DNA from: an uncultured Chloroflexia bacterium
GTDB lineage: Bacteria; Chloroflexota; Limnocylindria; Limnocylindrales; CSP1-4
Assembly (NCBI GenBank): GCA_963749705.1
Contig: CAVVNQ010000003.1
Coordinates: 512,001-576,000, forward strand
Direction of reading: 5' to 3'
Length of the DNA stretch: 64,000 bases
The notes under the pieces are model-generated. The model worked only from the letters and a program-made list of their open reading frames with translations. It was not told the DNA's origin and ran no database searches. This document shows positions 32,427 to 43,551 of the stretch, one piece after another; within the stretch, counting starts at the first letter, position 1, and each line of letters opens with the position of its first letter. The translations under genes were made by a program, and so were the position numbers.

Positions 32427-33239
32427 CCGACTTCGAAGGGTTCGTGCCCGTGCCCGGCGGCCGGATCTGGGCCCAGGCGTCCGGCAGCGGACCGGGGGTG
32501 GTGCTCGTCCACGCCGGGATCGCGGATGCGCGGATGTGGGACCCGCAGTGGGACGCGCTGGCTGCGCAGCATCGCGTGGTCCGCTACGAGACGCGCGGCT
32601 TCGGGCGGACCGAGACCGACGACGTCGAGTTCTCCGACCGCGCCGACCTCCTGGCCGTGATGGGCGCGGTCGATGTCGATAGCGCGGCCGTCGTCGGCTG
32701 CTCCCGGGGTGGGCAGATCGCCGTCGACGCGGCCATCGAGCACCCGGATCTGTTCGACGCCCTCGTCTGGGTGTGCGGTGGGCTGAGCGGGCTGGAGATC
32801 GAGGAGACGCCCGAGGAGCGTGCGCTGGGCGAACGCGAGGAAGCCCTGTACGAGGCCCACGACTGGGCGGGCCAGGCCGACCTCGACGTCGAGATCTGGG
32901 TCGACGGCGTCGGGCAGCCTGCGGGTCGTGCCCCGGAGCGCGTCCGGCGGCTGGTGCGCCAGATGTGCCTTGACACGTCGCTCCAGGAGAAGGTCGAAGG
33001 ACGTCCGATCCGGCTGGATCCGCCGGCCGTGGGGCGGCTCGATGAGATCCGGGTGCCGTTGCTCGCCATCGTCGGCGAGCTGGACCTGCCCTCGGTCTCG
33101 ATCGCCGCCGACGCCCTGGTCGACGGGGTGGCCGGTGCGCGCCGGATCGATGTCCCCGGGCGTTGCCCACCTGCCCAGCCTCGAGCGGCCGGAGTGGTTC
33201 ACCGAGACGCTGCTGGCGTTCCTCGCCGAGACCGCCTGA
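32423..33239 (+). CDS. Alpha/beta hydrolase, frameshifted near 33157
   Basis: LVHAG, RGFG, GCSRGG nucleophile elbow and GELD. The His motif GVAHLPSLE continues in another frame after an extra base in CCCCGGG. Confidence 0.8.
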
Positions 33240-33242
33240 CGC

Positions 33243-33770
33243 TCAGCCCGCGGCCGTCGGTCCTGCGGCCGGCGGTCCCGCGGCTTCGGGCCCCAGCCGG
33301 CCCCAGCTCGAGGCCCGCGTGACCACGATCCTGATCAGGGGCCGCGCTTCGAGCCGATGCCGCCGGTACTGCGGGTACTTGGCGCGCAGCGCCCGGATCG
33401 CGGCATCGCGCTCGTCGGCCGCCGCCCCGTCGGGCACCAGGATCTGCGCGCGACCCTCCAGGCGCACCCAGCCCAGGCGCGACCAGTCCTCGTCCCAGCG
33501 ATCGACCAGCAGCCGGGCGACGTCCCGCGCCAGGAGGTCGCGGACGCGGGCCAGCGCGAGGGGATCGGCGAGCCGCTTGGGCTTCTCGTCGAGCGGCGTG
33601 TACAGGCGAGGCGGCTGCGGCAGGTCGGGATCGGCGCCCCCCAGCAGGACGAAGCACACGGGGATGAGCCGCGGCCGGCCCTGCGGGTCGACGGTCGCCA
33701 GCGTGGCACGCCGCGCTGCGGCCACGAACGACCAGGCATCGCCGGCCAGGATCTCCACCGGATCGGACAT
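33243..33770 (-). CDS. PPOX-class probable F420-dependent enzyme (Rv0121-like)
   Basis: [39 protein letters not shown] and LRAKYPQY. Confidence 0.82.
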   Translation of the reverse strand: MSDPVEILAGDAWSFVAAARRATLATVDPQGRPRLIPVCFVLLGGADPDLPQPPRLYTPLDEKPKRLADPLALARVRDLLARDVARLLVDRWDEDWSRLGWVRLEGRAQILVPDGAAADERDAAIRALRAKYPQYRRHRLEARPLIRIVVTRASSWGRLGPEAAGPPAAGPTAAG

Positions 33771-33806
33771 CCCCGCAGTATGGTCCGGCGCGGGTAGGAT
33801 GCCGGG

Positions 33807-34663
33807 GTGACGAGTCCCGGACAGCCCACGCCGCGCGAGGCCGCGCGGACGAGGATGACGACGTATCGCGCCGGACGCGTCGAGGTGCGCGACGATCGCC
33901 TCGCGGGCGAGGAGCCGATGGCGATCCGCGCCTGCGGCCCGGGGCAGCTGCCGGTGGACGTCGCGGTCACGATGCGGACGCCCGGTCACGAGGCCGAGCT
34001 CGCCGTCGGGTTCCTGCGCACGGAGGGCCTGATCGACGACGTCTCGAGCATCGAGCGCGTCACCACCGGCGACCCTGCCGTCCACGCACAGCCGGACGAC
34101 GAGCAGACCGTCCACCTGGTCCACGCGTTCGACGCGAGCCGGGTGGCGGAGCGCCACTTCGTGGCCACGGCGTCCTGCGGGATCTGCGGCAAGGCGTCGC
34201 TGGACGAGGTCGAGGTTCGCTGCGCGGCAATCCCGGATGGGCCCGTGATCGGGGCCGCCGTGCTGCTCGCCCTGCCACACGCCCTGCGCGAGGCGCAGTC
34301 GGTGTTCGAGGCGACGGGCGGCCTCCACGCCGCGGGGCTGTTCGAGCCGTCGGGCGCCCTGGTCGCGATGCGGGAGGACGTGGGCCGCCACAACGCCCTG
34401 GACAAGCTCATCGGCAGCCAGCTCCTGGCCGGGTCACGCCGTCGCTCAACGGCAGGGTCGTCCTCGTCTCGGGCCGGTTGAGCTTCGAGCTCGTCCAGAA
34501 GGCGGCCGTCGCGGGCGTTCCCATCCTCGCGGCCGTCTCGGCGCCCACCGATCTCGCGGTCGAGGCGGCGGAGCGACTGGGCGTGACCCTGGTCGGGTTC
34601 CTTCGCGGCGACGGCTTCAACGTGTACGCCCGCCCGGACCGGGTATCGGTCGGGCGGGCGTAA
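33807..34663 (+). CDS. fdhD: Formate dehydrogenase accessory sulfurtransferase, frameshifted near 34432
   Basis: EEP, TMRTPG, SCGICG, TGGLHAA and [12 protein letters not shown]. The C-part [12 protein letters not shown]...AVSAPT.LAV is in the next frame. Confidence 0.9.
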
Positions 34664-34702
34664 CGCTCCTCCCTCGGGTTGGAATTGTCCGGGGGTCGTG
34701 GG

Positions 34703-36239
34703 TCAGCGGTGCTCGAGCTCGCGATCGAACTGGCGCTTGAGGAGCCACAGGAACACGATCCCGGCCAGGATGAAGGCGAGGACGATCACCATCGCCTGGC
34801 GTCGGAAGACGCTCTCGTCGATCTTGGCCGTGGCCAGCTCCTGGGCCGCCTCCGCCCGTGCCTTCGCATCGGTGGACAGCTCGGCGACGAGCTTGAGCTT
34901 CGTGGTGTGCACGGATGCCTGCGCCTGGATCAGGCTCGTCTTGGCGCCGACCAGCCCCACCTCGGCATCCGAGGTGATCATGCCCAGCCGGGAGGCCTCC
35001 TCGATCTTTGCGCTGGCATCGTCGTAGGCCTGCTCGGCCGAGGTGACGGCGGTCGAGATCCCCTGGATCTGGGCGTAGATCTGCGAGTCGGGGTGATGGC
35101 AGGTGTCGCACCGCCGATCCGGCTCGCTCGCGAACCGGTTGAGCTGGAGCCGCAGCTGGTGGGTCACCAGGTCGTGGCACGTCGAGCAGTCGTAGTCGGG
35201 CGGCGTCGGGTGGAAGAACAGCTGCGAGCTGGGCTGCGACACATCGTGCGTTCCATGGCACGTCCAGCACTGCGGTGCCGCGGCCTGGAGCTCGGAATGG
35301 CGGCTCTGCTGATACAGCTCCTCGGTCGCGGTATGGCACTTGCCGCACACCTGGACGACCGTCGCCGATGTCGGCGGCTTCGCATCATGCGAGCCGTGGC
35401 AGGACGCGCAGCTGGGAGCCCGGACGTCCTTGTTCTCGAGCAGCGCCACGCCGTGGACGCTCTTGGAGTAGATCTCGTACTGGTCGGTGGGGATGCCGTA
35501 GGGCTGCATCCGCGCGGGATCCGCGTGGCAGGACGCGCACAGGTCGGGGACGTTCAGGGCGTACACCTTCGCCGTCGGGTCGGAGACCTTCTTCACGTCG
35601 TGCGAGCCATGGCAGTCGATGCAGATCGCGACCCGCGTGTCGGCGGCCGTCGCGAGCCGCTGGCCGTGGACGCTCGACCAGTACTTGGCGTACTCATCCG
35701 TGGGCAGGCCCGTGCCGCGCATTCGTTCGACGTTCGCGTGGCAGCTGGCACACACGCCGACGGCGTCCATTCGATCGGGGGCGCCGACGAACCCGTTCGA
35801 GGCGTCCATGGCCACCGTGATCTGGTCGGAGCGGGGATCGCCGCCGTGGCAGTCCGCGCACGTCACGCCCGCGGCTGCGTGGGCGCTCGTCTGCCACGCG
35901 GCCGCGATGGCCGCCTGCTTGTCGTTGACTGCACTGTGGCAGTCGTAGCAGCCGTTGGCGCCGCCGCCCTCGGGATGGGCGATGATCGCCGGAACGGGCG
36001 GCGGCGAGACGAGCGGGAGCTCGGACGGCTCGGGTGTCGCCCCGAACAGGGGGTTCAGGGTCGCGGATGCGGATGGGGTCGGCGTCGCCGTATCCGACGA
36101 CGCTGCCGGGCTGGGACTCTCGGCCACCGCCGACCAGGCGAAGGCGAACCACAGGATCACGGCCGCGCCGATCACGGGCGCGACCCGCAGCACGCGGCGA
36201 ATCGTCGTGGCTCGGGCGGGGTTCGGCCGCATGGGTGTC

Positions 36240-36256
<17 letters not shown>
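34703..36256 (-). CDS. Decaheme c-type cytochrome with N-terminal signal/TM and C-terminal TM anchor
   Basis: 10 CxxCH motifs (CYDCH, CADCH, CASCH x3, CIDCH, CGKCH, CWTCH, CSTCH, CDTCH), a helical C-terminal region and a TM segment; overlaps the cytochrome b stop. Confidence 0.9.
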
Positions 36257-37331
<1,075 letters not shown>

Positions 37332-37332
37332 C

Positions 37333-37803
37333 TCAGGATTCCGTGAGGTAGATCTGGTCGCCCTCGACCGACACCGTCACGGGCGGCAGCGGGGCCGGCG
37401 GCGGACCCGACACGACGGCTCCCGTCGCCGGGTTGAAGTGCCCGTCGTGGCAGGGGCACTGGATGGCGCCGATCAGGTCGTTCCAGGCGACCACGCAACC
37501 GAGGTGGGTGCAGATGGCCGAATAGGCCTTCACGCCCTGATCGGTGTTGACCACGATCGCCGGCTTGCTGCCGACGGCGACGACCTTGCCGGCGCCGGGC
37601 GGGATGTCCGCCGTCGTGCCGACCAGGGTCTTGCCACCCCCGGCGGCCCGGCCGCTGCTCGACGGGACCAGGAAGCCGACGATGGGGGTGAGGATCATCG
37701 CCGCGGTGGACACCACGGTGAGCCCGCCAAGCCAGCGCAGGAACGCGCGTCGCGTCGGTCCGGCCGGCTTCGCCGGCGGCGCGCCGCTGGTCCCAGGCTC
37801 CAT
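37333..37803 (-). CDS. Rieske [2Fe-2S] subunit of the bc-type complex
   Basis: Tat motif TRRAFL, TM segment, CTHLGC, CPCH and GPPPAPL. Confidence 0.92.
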   Translation of the reverse strand: MEPGTSGAPPAKPAGPTRRAFLRWLGGLTVVSTAAMILTPIVGFLVPSSSGRAAGGGKTLVGTTADIPPGAGKVVAVGSKPAIVVNTDQGVKAYSAICTHLGCVVAWNDLIGAIQCPCHDGHFNPATGAVVSGPPPAPLPPVTVSVEGDQIYLTES

Positions 37804-38069
37804 CCCTTCCCTCCGATGCGGGCCATACGGCCCGTTCGACCTCGACCGATGGCCTGCATTGTGTGTGCTGGGGCATGGCCCAACCAAGGTGCGGATGGAT
37901 ATAGAAAAGGCATAGGCGGCCGCTCAGGAGCCGGCCTCGCGGCCCCGGCCTGGTCGGTAAGGCGGCCCCGGCGTGGTCGACAAGGCGGCCCTCTGCCGGG
38001 TCGGGGCCGCGGGATCGCGGGTGCGCGGGGGGCCGTGGACGACGCGCGGGTGCGCCAGGGACGCGGCGG

Positions 38070-38642
38070 TCAGGACGCCGGCGGCAGCGGCGTGTCCGTC
38101 CCGGGGCCAACCCCGCCGAACGTCGTGTCGACCGCCGCGCGGACCTGGATCATGGTGCTGCCGTCCTGGAGCATCCGCTGCGCGAGGTTCGCCGTCTTCA
38201 CGCACACGTCGCAATACGACGCGTGCTCCTCGTACACGTAGCTGCCGCGGACCTCGCGCCGCTGGAAGAAGCAGTCGAGGTTGCTCCGGTGGTCGATGGC
38301 CATGCAGCCGCAGTGGCACGGCAGCCACTGGAGGACGTCGGGCCGTGCCAGCGCATACGCATAGGCCGCCTGCCAGTCACCCGGCAGCGCCGTCACGTAG
38401 TCGGGTCGGGCCTGCCACGCTGCCGCCACCTCATCCGCGGTCGGCATGTGCATGTCGCCCAGCGGCACGACGGCGTCGGCCGGATGTCCCGTCGCCATCG
38501 GCGCATCGGTCATGGTCGGGTCCGCCCCCGAGCATCCGGCCATCCCGCCAGCCAGGGCGAGCACCAGGATCAGCAGGGGCATGCCCAGCGCGCCCGCTCG
38601 GCGCGCCTGGGAGGGTCGCGAAGGGTTGGCTCGGGTGGTCAT
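38070..38642 (-). CDS. PCYCGC-motif lipoprotein
   Basis: Lipobox MAGC; LPCHCGC...H.SNLDCF...HASYCDVC. Confidence 0.8.
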   Translation of the reverse strand: MTTRANPSRPSQARRAGALGMPLLILVLALAGGMAGCSGADPTMTDAPMATGHPADAVVPLGDMHMPTADEVAAAWQARPDYVTALPGDWQAAYAYALARPDVLQWLPCHCGCMAIDHRSNLDCFFQRREVRGSYVYEEHASYCDVCVKTANLAQRMLQDGSTMIQVRAAVDTTFGGVGPGTDTPLPPAS

Positions 38643-38662
38643 GGTGTCTCGCTCCCGATTGC

Positions 38663-40447
38663 TCAGCGCCGGGCCGTAAGTGGCCACGAGATGCCGTCCG
38701 GTGCGCCCAGCCCGGTCGCCGGCGCCGGTTGGAAGTACGGGGTCGTGACGGGCAGCACCGGTTCGCGATGGCACCGCGCGCAGTACACGGGCTGGTGGCA
38801 GTAGGCGCACGCGGTGTTGCCCTGGCGACGGATCACCGCCGCGTGGTTGGTCAGCATCTCGTCGTGGTCGACCGTGACCGCGCCCGTCGAGTGACAGTTC
38901 ACGCAGAAGTCACGCGCATGGCACTCGCCGCAGGTCGTGCCGCCCGGGTCGGTGCTCGTGGCCACGTTCTTGTGACTGAACACGTACAGCGGCTGGTCGT
39001 GCGTCGCCGGCGGCTCGCCGAGCGGCAGGCTCGCGATCGCGGGTCCGATCTGCGGGAAGGTGTGGCAGGTGTCGCAGGTGGACGGAATCGTCTTCGTGGT
39101 GACCCTTCCGTCGACGACGAGGAAGTGGCCGCCGTCGTGACATCGGAAGCAGCCCGGGAAGTCCATGTGGCCGAGGTTGTCCGGGTAGGTCCGCGCCGAC
39201 ACCTTCATCTCGGGCGTTGCGGTCAGCCGGTACAGCACCTTGATCTCGTCGACCGCCGCGTTGATCTGGGCGGCCTTGGTCTGGAACACCAGCGGGTACT
39301 GCTGCTGGTAGAAACCCTCGAGGCGGTCCGCTTCGGCGTCCGCCGACGCCAGGTTCGGGTACCCGGCCGACAGGATCCGCATCCCCTCGCGCTTGATATA
39401 CGGCAGCGTCGGGTCGATCGCGCCGGTCGACAGCTGGTAGTCGAGCCCGGTTCGCGGGTTGGGGATCGCGTGGCCGGCGCGGTTGTGGCAGTCGTAGCAG
39501 GTCATCGTCGTCAGCCGCTCGGCGGCCTTGATCGCATCGATGTCCGGCTGGACATCCTCGCTGACCTTGATCTTGTCCTGCGAGATGAACTCGTCGACGG
39601 TCCCGTCCTCGGTCGTCGCCGCGACGTAGTCGATCGTCGTCGCGCGCGGGTCCGCGCTCGCATAGGTGACGTTGCGCAGCACGTGCCAGTGAACGCTGCG
39701 GTCCACGTTGAACACGTCGCCGCCGCCGGGACGGATCAGGAGACCGACCAACTGGCGGGTGTTCGCCTCGTCCTCGGCGAACTGGGTCCGGGTCTTCAGC
39801 GAGGCAAGGGCCTCGCGGCTCACGGTGTGGCAGCCCGCGCAGGTGTCGGATGCTGCCGGCAGCTCGGAGTGGTCAGGGGGCGGGATCGGCTCCGGGAAGG
39901 TGCCCAGCACGACCTCGACCAGCTGCCGCGTGCCGTTCAGCTTGGCCTTGATCCAGCCGGCGATCCCCGGCTCGACATGGCATTCGGCGCAGGCCACGTC
40001 GCGGTGCGGGCCGGCCTCGTAGGCGGCCAGCTCCGGCTCCATCGCATGACAGCGACCACAGAAGTCGGCCGTCTCGGTCCAGTGGAGGAGCGACACCGCA
40101 GAGAAGGTTGCGACGCCACCCAGGCCGGCCAGCACGAGCAGGAGGGCGAACAGCCCGCCGCGCGAGCGCGGGAGCCGCAGCCGCCGGCCACGCAGGTAGA
40201 ACCGCGACCGGTGCTCCGGCGCAGGCGCCTCGGCTGACGGCGGCTCCGCGGACCCGGTGCTCTCGGCGGCGGTCGATGACTCGTCGTTGGTCGCTGCCAC
40301 ATCGGCGGTCGCCGCTGCCTCGTCGGCGGTCTGCGTCGCCGGCGCAGGTCCCTCGTGGACGGCCTCCCCTGCCGGCCCGTCGGCTGGTGCATCGCCGGTC
40401 GCGGACCGGTCCGCGCCGGCATCGGGCTGCTCCGGGAGGTCGCTCAT
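38663..40447 (-). CDS. NapC/NirT-domain 10-heme cytochrome c (ImcH-like)
   Basis: TM segment then TETADFCGRCH, H..VACAECHV.PG..G...AKLNG..QL (NapC), CYDCHNR.GH and YPDNLGH..FPGCFRCHDG; 10 CxxCH in total. Confidence 0.88.
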   Translation of the reverse strand: MSDLPEQPDAGADRSATGDAPADGPAGEAVHEGPAPATQTADEAAATADVAATNDESSTAAESTGSAEPPSAEAPAPEHRSRFYLRGRRLRLPRSRGGLFALLLVLAGLGGVATFSAVSLLHWTETADFCGRCHAMEPELAAYEAGPHRDVACAECHVEPGIAGWIKAKLNGTRQLVEVVLGTFPEPIPPPDHSELPAASDTCAGCHTVSREALASLKTRTQFAEDEANTRQLVGLLIRPGGGDVFNVDRSVHWHVLRNVTYASADPRATTIDYVAATTEDGTVDEFISQDKIKVSEDVQPDIDAIKAAERLTTMTCYDCHNRAGHAIPNPRTGLDYQLSTGAIDPTLPYIKREGMRILSAGYPNLASADAEADRLEGFYQQQYPLVFQTKAAQINAAVDEIKVLYRLTATPEMKVSARTYPDNLGHMDFPGCFRCHDGGHFLVVDGRVTTKTIPSTCDTCHTFPQIGPAIASLPLGEPPATHDQPLYVFSHKNVATSTDPGGTTCGECHARDFCVNCHSTGAVTVDHDEMLTNHAAVIRRQGNTACAYCHQPVYCARCHREPVLPVTTPYFQPAPATGLGAPDGISWPLTARR

Positions 40448-40454
40448 CGGGATG

Positions 40455-41051
40455 TCAGTTCAGGATTGCCGCGATGGCGCGGTCCATGTCGTCCGGGTGC
40501 ATCGCCCCGATCCGGATCTCGCGGATCCGGCCGTCCGCCCCGATGAAGAAATGGGTCGGGATGCCCATCGTGCGGTACGTGCCGGCGATGACGGTGTTCT
40601 GGTCCACCGCGATCGGGAACGTCAGGCCGGCGCGCTCGGCATAGCCCTGAACGTCGCCGGCAGGCTCGCTGATGAACACGCCCAGCACCACGAGCCCCTG
40701 CGCCTGGTACTTCTCGTAGGCCGCCTCGACGTCGGGCGCCTCCGACCGGCAATCGGGGCACCACGACGCGCCGAAGGTGAGCCACACCGGCTTACCGGCG
40801 TAGTCGGACAGCGAGACCTTCGTGCCGTCGTAGGTCATGCCGGTGAAGTCGGGCGGCTGGGCGCCGATGGCGGGGCCGGCTGCCGCCGCGTTGCCGCCAA
40901 GGTCGACCTGGGTGACCCCGTCGTTACCGGTTCCACCCATGACGAACGCGATCGCGGCGATGATCACGGCCGTCATCCCGATCACGACGACGGTCTGCAA
41001 CCGTCCCGGAACGCGCCCGGCCGGCCGGGCCGTGAGGCCTGCTGCGCTCAT
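40455..41051 (-). CDS. resA: Membrane-anchored thiol-disulfide oxidoreductase (ResA/TlpA)
   Basis: TM segment, PDFT, ASWCPDCRSE and GIPT. Confidence 0.85.
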   Translation of the reverse strand: MSAAGLTARPAGRVPGRLQTVVVIGMTAVIIAAIAFVMGGTGNDGVTQVDLGGNAAAAGPAIGAQPPDFTGMTYDGTKVSLSDYAGKPVWLTFGASWCPDCRSEAPDVEAAYEKYQAQGLVVLGVFISEPAGDVQGYAERAGLTFPIAVDQNTVIAGTYRTMGIPTHFFIGADGRIREIRIGAMHPDDMDRAIAAILN

Positions 41052-41079
41052 CTCGCTCGATCCCTTCTCTCGGCCCGGA

Positions 41080-41964
41080 TCAGCCGAGGCCGGAGTAGCT
41101 GTGGAGCCCGCCGAAGAACAGGTTCCCGAAGTAGGTGAACAGCGTGGCCGCGAAGCCGAGCACGAGCAGCCATGCCGCGCGATTGCCCCGCCAGCCGCGC
41201 ATCACGCGGGCGTGGAGGTAGGCGCCGTAGATCAGCCACGTGACGAGGGAGGCGGTCTCCTTGGGATCCCAGCTCCAGTAGGTGCCCCATGCCGTGTCCG
41301 CCCAGACCGCGCCCAGGATGATCGTCAACGTCAGGAACGGGAACCCGACGACGACCGCGCGATATCCGATCTCGTCCAGCACCTGCGGCTTGGGCAGGCC
41401 CCAGCGGCCACCCTCGGGCTGGATCAGGTAGAGCAGCGAGGCCGCGAACGCGATCGAGAAGCTGCCGTAGGCGACGATGGCGACGGCGACGTGGACGGTG
41501 AGCAGGAGGTTGTTCTGGAGGGCCGGGACGAGGGGCTCGATCTCGGCCGGGATCGTCGCCGCGTAGCCCATCATCGCGAGCGCGACGGGGAGCGCGACCA
41601 GCGCCAGGATGCGCTGGTGGTAGCGGCGCTCGAACCACATGTAGGCGGCGAGGATCCCGAACGCGAACGCCATCGAGAACTCGTACATGTTGGCGAACGG
41701 CCCGTGGCCGGTGGCAACGGTCCGGAACGCCATGCTCGCGAGGAGCGCGACGACCGCAAGCCAGCCGAGGATCGTGGCGTAGCGCCCGATCGCGGCCGTC
41801 CGTGGCCCGGAGATGAAGCCCATCGCGCCGCCCGGGACCGTCATGCCGGCGGTCTGCAGGCGGGCGGCCCGGAGGCCGGACACCGCGTAGAGCAGGTAGG
41901 CGAGCGTCGCGAGCCCCGTGCTCAGCATCGCCGCCACGAAGGCGTATTCGGACATCTTGGCCAT
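41080..41964 (-). CDS. resC: Cytochrome c biogenesis system II heme-handling protein (CcsB/ResC)
   Basis: HGPFANMYEF, LVPALQ, WWD domain WGTYWSWDPKET, YLH and GLHSY. Confidence 0.93.
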   Translation of the reverse strand: MAKMSEYAFVAAMLSTGLATLAYLLYAVSGLRAARLQTAGMTVPGGAMGFISGPRTAAIGRYATILGWLAVVALLASMAFRTVATGHGPFANMYEFSMAFAFGILAAYMWFERRYHQRILALVALPVALAMMGYAATIPAEIEPLVPALQNNLLLTVHVAVAIVAYGSFSIAFAASLLYLIQPEGGRWGLPKPQVLDEIGYRAVVVGFPFLTLTIILGAVWADTAWGTYWSWDPKETASLVTWLIYGAYLHARVMRGWRGNRAAWLLVLGFAATLFTYFGNLFFGGLHSYSGLG

Positions 41965-41977
41965 GGCCAGGTCTCCC

Positions 41978-43444
41978 TCAGCTTCGCGCCGGCGCCTGGA
42001 GCGCCTGGCGGACGGTAGTGACAAGGGTTTCGAACTCGGTTGCCAGGGTTGCCTCCCGGTTGCCCAGGCTTGCCAGCCCCAGCACGGCCCCGCCATTGGG
42101 GCGGGCCGTGATCCTGGCCCACACGCGCTTGTGCGGGATGGTGAAGCGGATCACGAAGCCGACGAACAGCAGCAGCGCCCCCAGCCACACGAGGGTCACG
42201 CCCGGATCGCGGGCCACGCTCAGGCCGGTGAACTGGCTCTCCCGATCGAAGGTGACGGTGAGCCCGCCCACGGTTCCGGCGCTGCCCTGGTCGAGCACGA
42301 CCGTGTCGACCTCGGTGCCCGTCTCGGCGGTGTACAGGTCCAGCTCCATCTGGCCGGGCTTGACCTTCGGATCGCCGTTGCCGAGGGTGCCGATCACCCA
42401 GCCGACATACTGCGTGCCGGGGATGCTGAACGAGCCGATCGGCCGGTCGTCCGCGGTCGTCCGCCAGGCAAGCGGCACGCCCTCGGACACGAGCGTGTTG
42501 CCCTTGTCGTCCTTGACGGTCATCACCGCGGCGGACCCGAAGAATGCCTGGTAGAAGGTCGTGTCGCCGTACCGCAGCGGGTCGTTGACGCGGATGGTGT
42601 GCCGCGCGACCTCGGTCCCGTCCTTGTACAGGACGACATCGCTCGCGTAGTCCTCCGGGGCCCCGGTTGCGACGTAGTACGTATCCGTGAAGTCGAGCAG
42701 CTGGATGCTCAGCCCGTCTTCGGCCGCGACCGGGAGGGTCGCGCCCTCGGCGATGGTGAACCCGCTGTCCCGGTAGCCGAAGGTCGAGCCGACGATGGCG
42801 CCGGCGAGGATCACGACCAGCGACAGGTGGCCGATGAGCCCGGCGAACGGCGCCCAGCGGAACCGGTCCGCGTACAGGTGGATGGTGCCGTCGTCGGCGA
42901 CGATCGTCCGGTAGTGCTTGTTCCTCAGCAGGCCCTGGACGATCGCGAGCGTCTCGGCGGGGCCGTGGCGGACGACGATCACCTCGTGCTCCGGCGCGTG
43001 CTCGAAGAACCCGGGTCCGACGTCGACGCGCGGCTTGATGGCGGTGCGGATCATGCCCGGAATCCGGTGCACGGAGCAGGCGACGAGGCTGATCGTGAGC
43101 GCCGCGACGGTGAGCCGGAAGATGACCGAGTTGAAGATCTGGAACAGCTGGAGGCTGTCCATCAGGCCGGTCAGACCGCCGAATCGGGGCCGGATCTCGT
43201 TGAGCCAGTCCGCCTTCGCGGCCGGGTCGGTGAGGACGCCCGGAGGGGCCTGGATCACCAGCGACCCGATGACGCCGAGAACGGCCAGGACCAGGATCAG
43301 GACCATCGCCACGCGCATCGACGTCAGGAAGTGCCATAGTCCTTCCAGCCCCGCGTCGACGCGGTCCATGATGGTCGGACCCGCCGCCCCGCCAGCCGGG
43401 ACGGCTGCGGGAGGAAGGGGCCGGGAACGCACCTCGTGTGCCAT
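41978..43444 (-). CDS. resB: Cytochrome c biogenesis protein ResB
   Basis: LTSMRVAM.L, GSLVIQ, H in IGHLSL, YASDV, IRVNDPL, YQA and DPG; GGAGG RBS. Confidence 0.9.
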   Translation of the reverse strand: MAHEVRSRPLPPAAVPAGGAAGPTIMDRVDAGLEGLWHFLTSMRVAMVLILVLAVLGVIGSLVIQAPPGVLTDPAAKADWLNEIRPRFGGLTGLMDSLQLFQIFNSVIFRLTVAALTISLVACSVHRIPGMIRTAIKPRVDVGPGFFEHAPEHEVIVVRHGPAETLAIVQGLLRNKHYRTIVADDGTIHLYADRFRWAPFAGLIGHLSLVVILAGAIVGSTFGYRDSGFTIAEGATLPVAAEDGLSIQLLDFTDTYYVATGAPEDYASDVVLYKDGTEVARHTIRVNDPLRYGDTTFYQAFFGSAAVMTVKDDKGNTLVSEGVPLAWRTTADDRPIGSFSIPGTQYVGWVIGTLGNGDPKVKPGQMELDLYTAETGTEVDTVVLDQGSAGTVGGLTVTFDRESQFTGLSVARDPGVTLVWLGALLLFVGFVIRFTIPHKRVWARITARPNGGAVLGLASLGNREATLATEFETLVTTVRQALQAPARS

Positions 43445-43458
43445 GACCGACGACCTCC

Positions 43459-43551
43459 TCAGGCGCCGGAGGGCGACGCGAGGGTCGCCGGCCGGCTGGG
43501 ATTGGTGTTGGGATCGCGAGCGCCGATGGCCACGAGCAGCGGGCCGATCAT
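43459..43551 (-). CDS. 30-aa small ORF or gene remnant between the TPR gene and resB
   Basis: The ATG overlaps the TPR stop (ATGA) and the stop abuts the resB RBS; MIGPLLVAIGARDPNTNPSRPATLASPSGA. Confidence 0.4.
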   Translation of the reverse strand: MIGPLLVAIGARDPNTNPSRPATLASPSGA

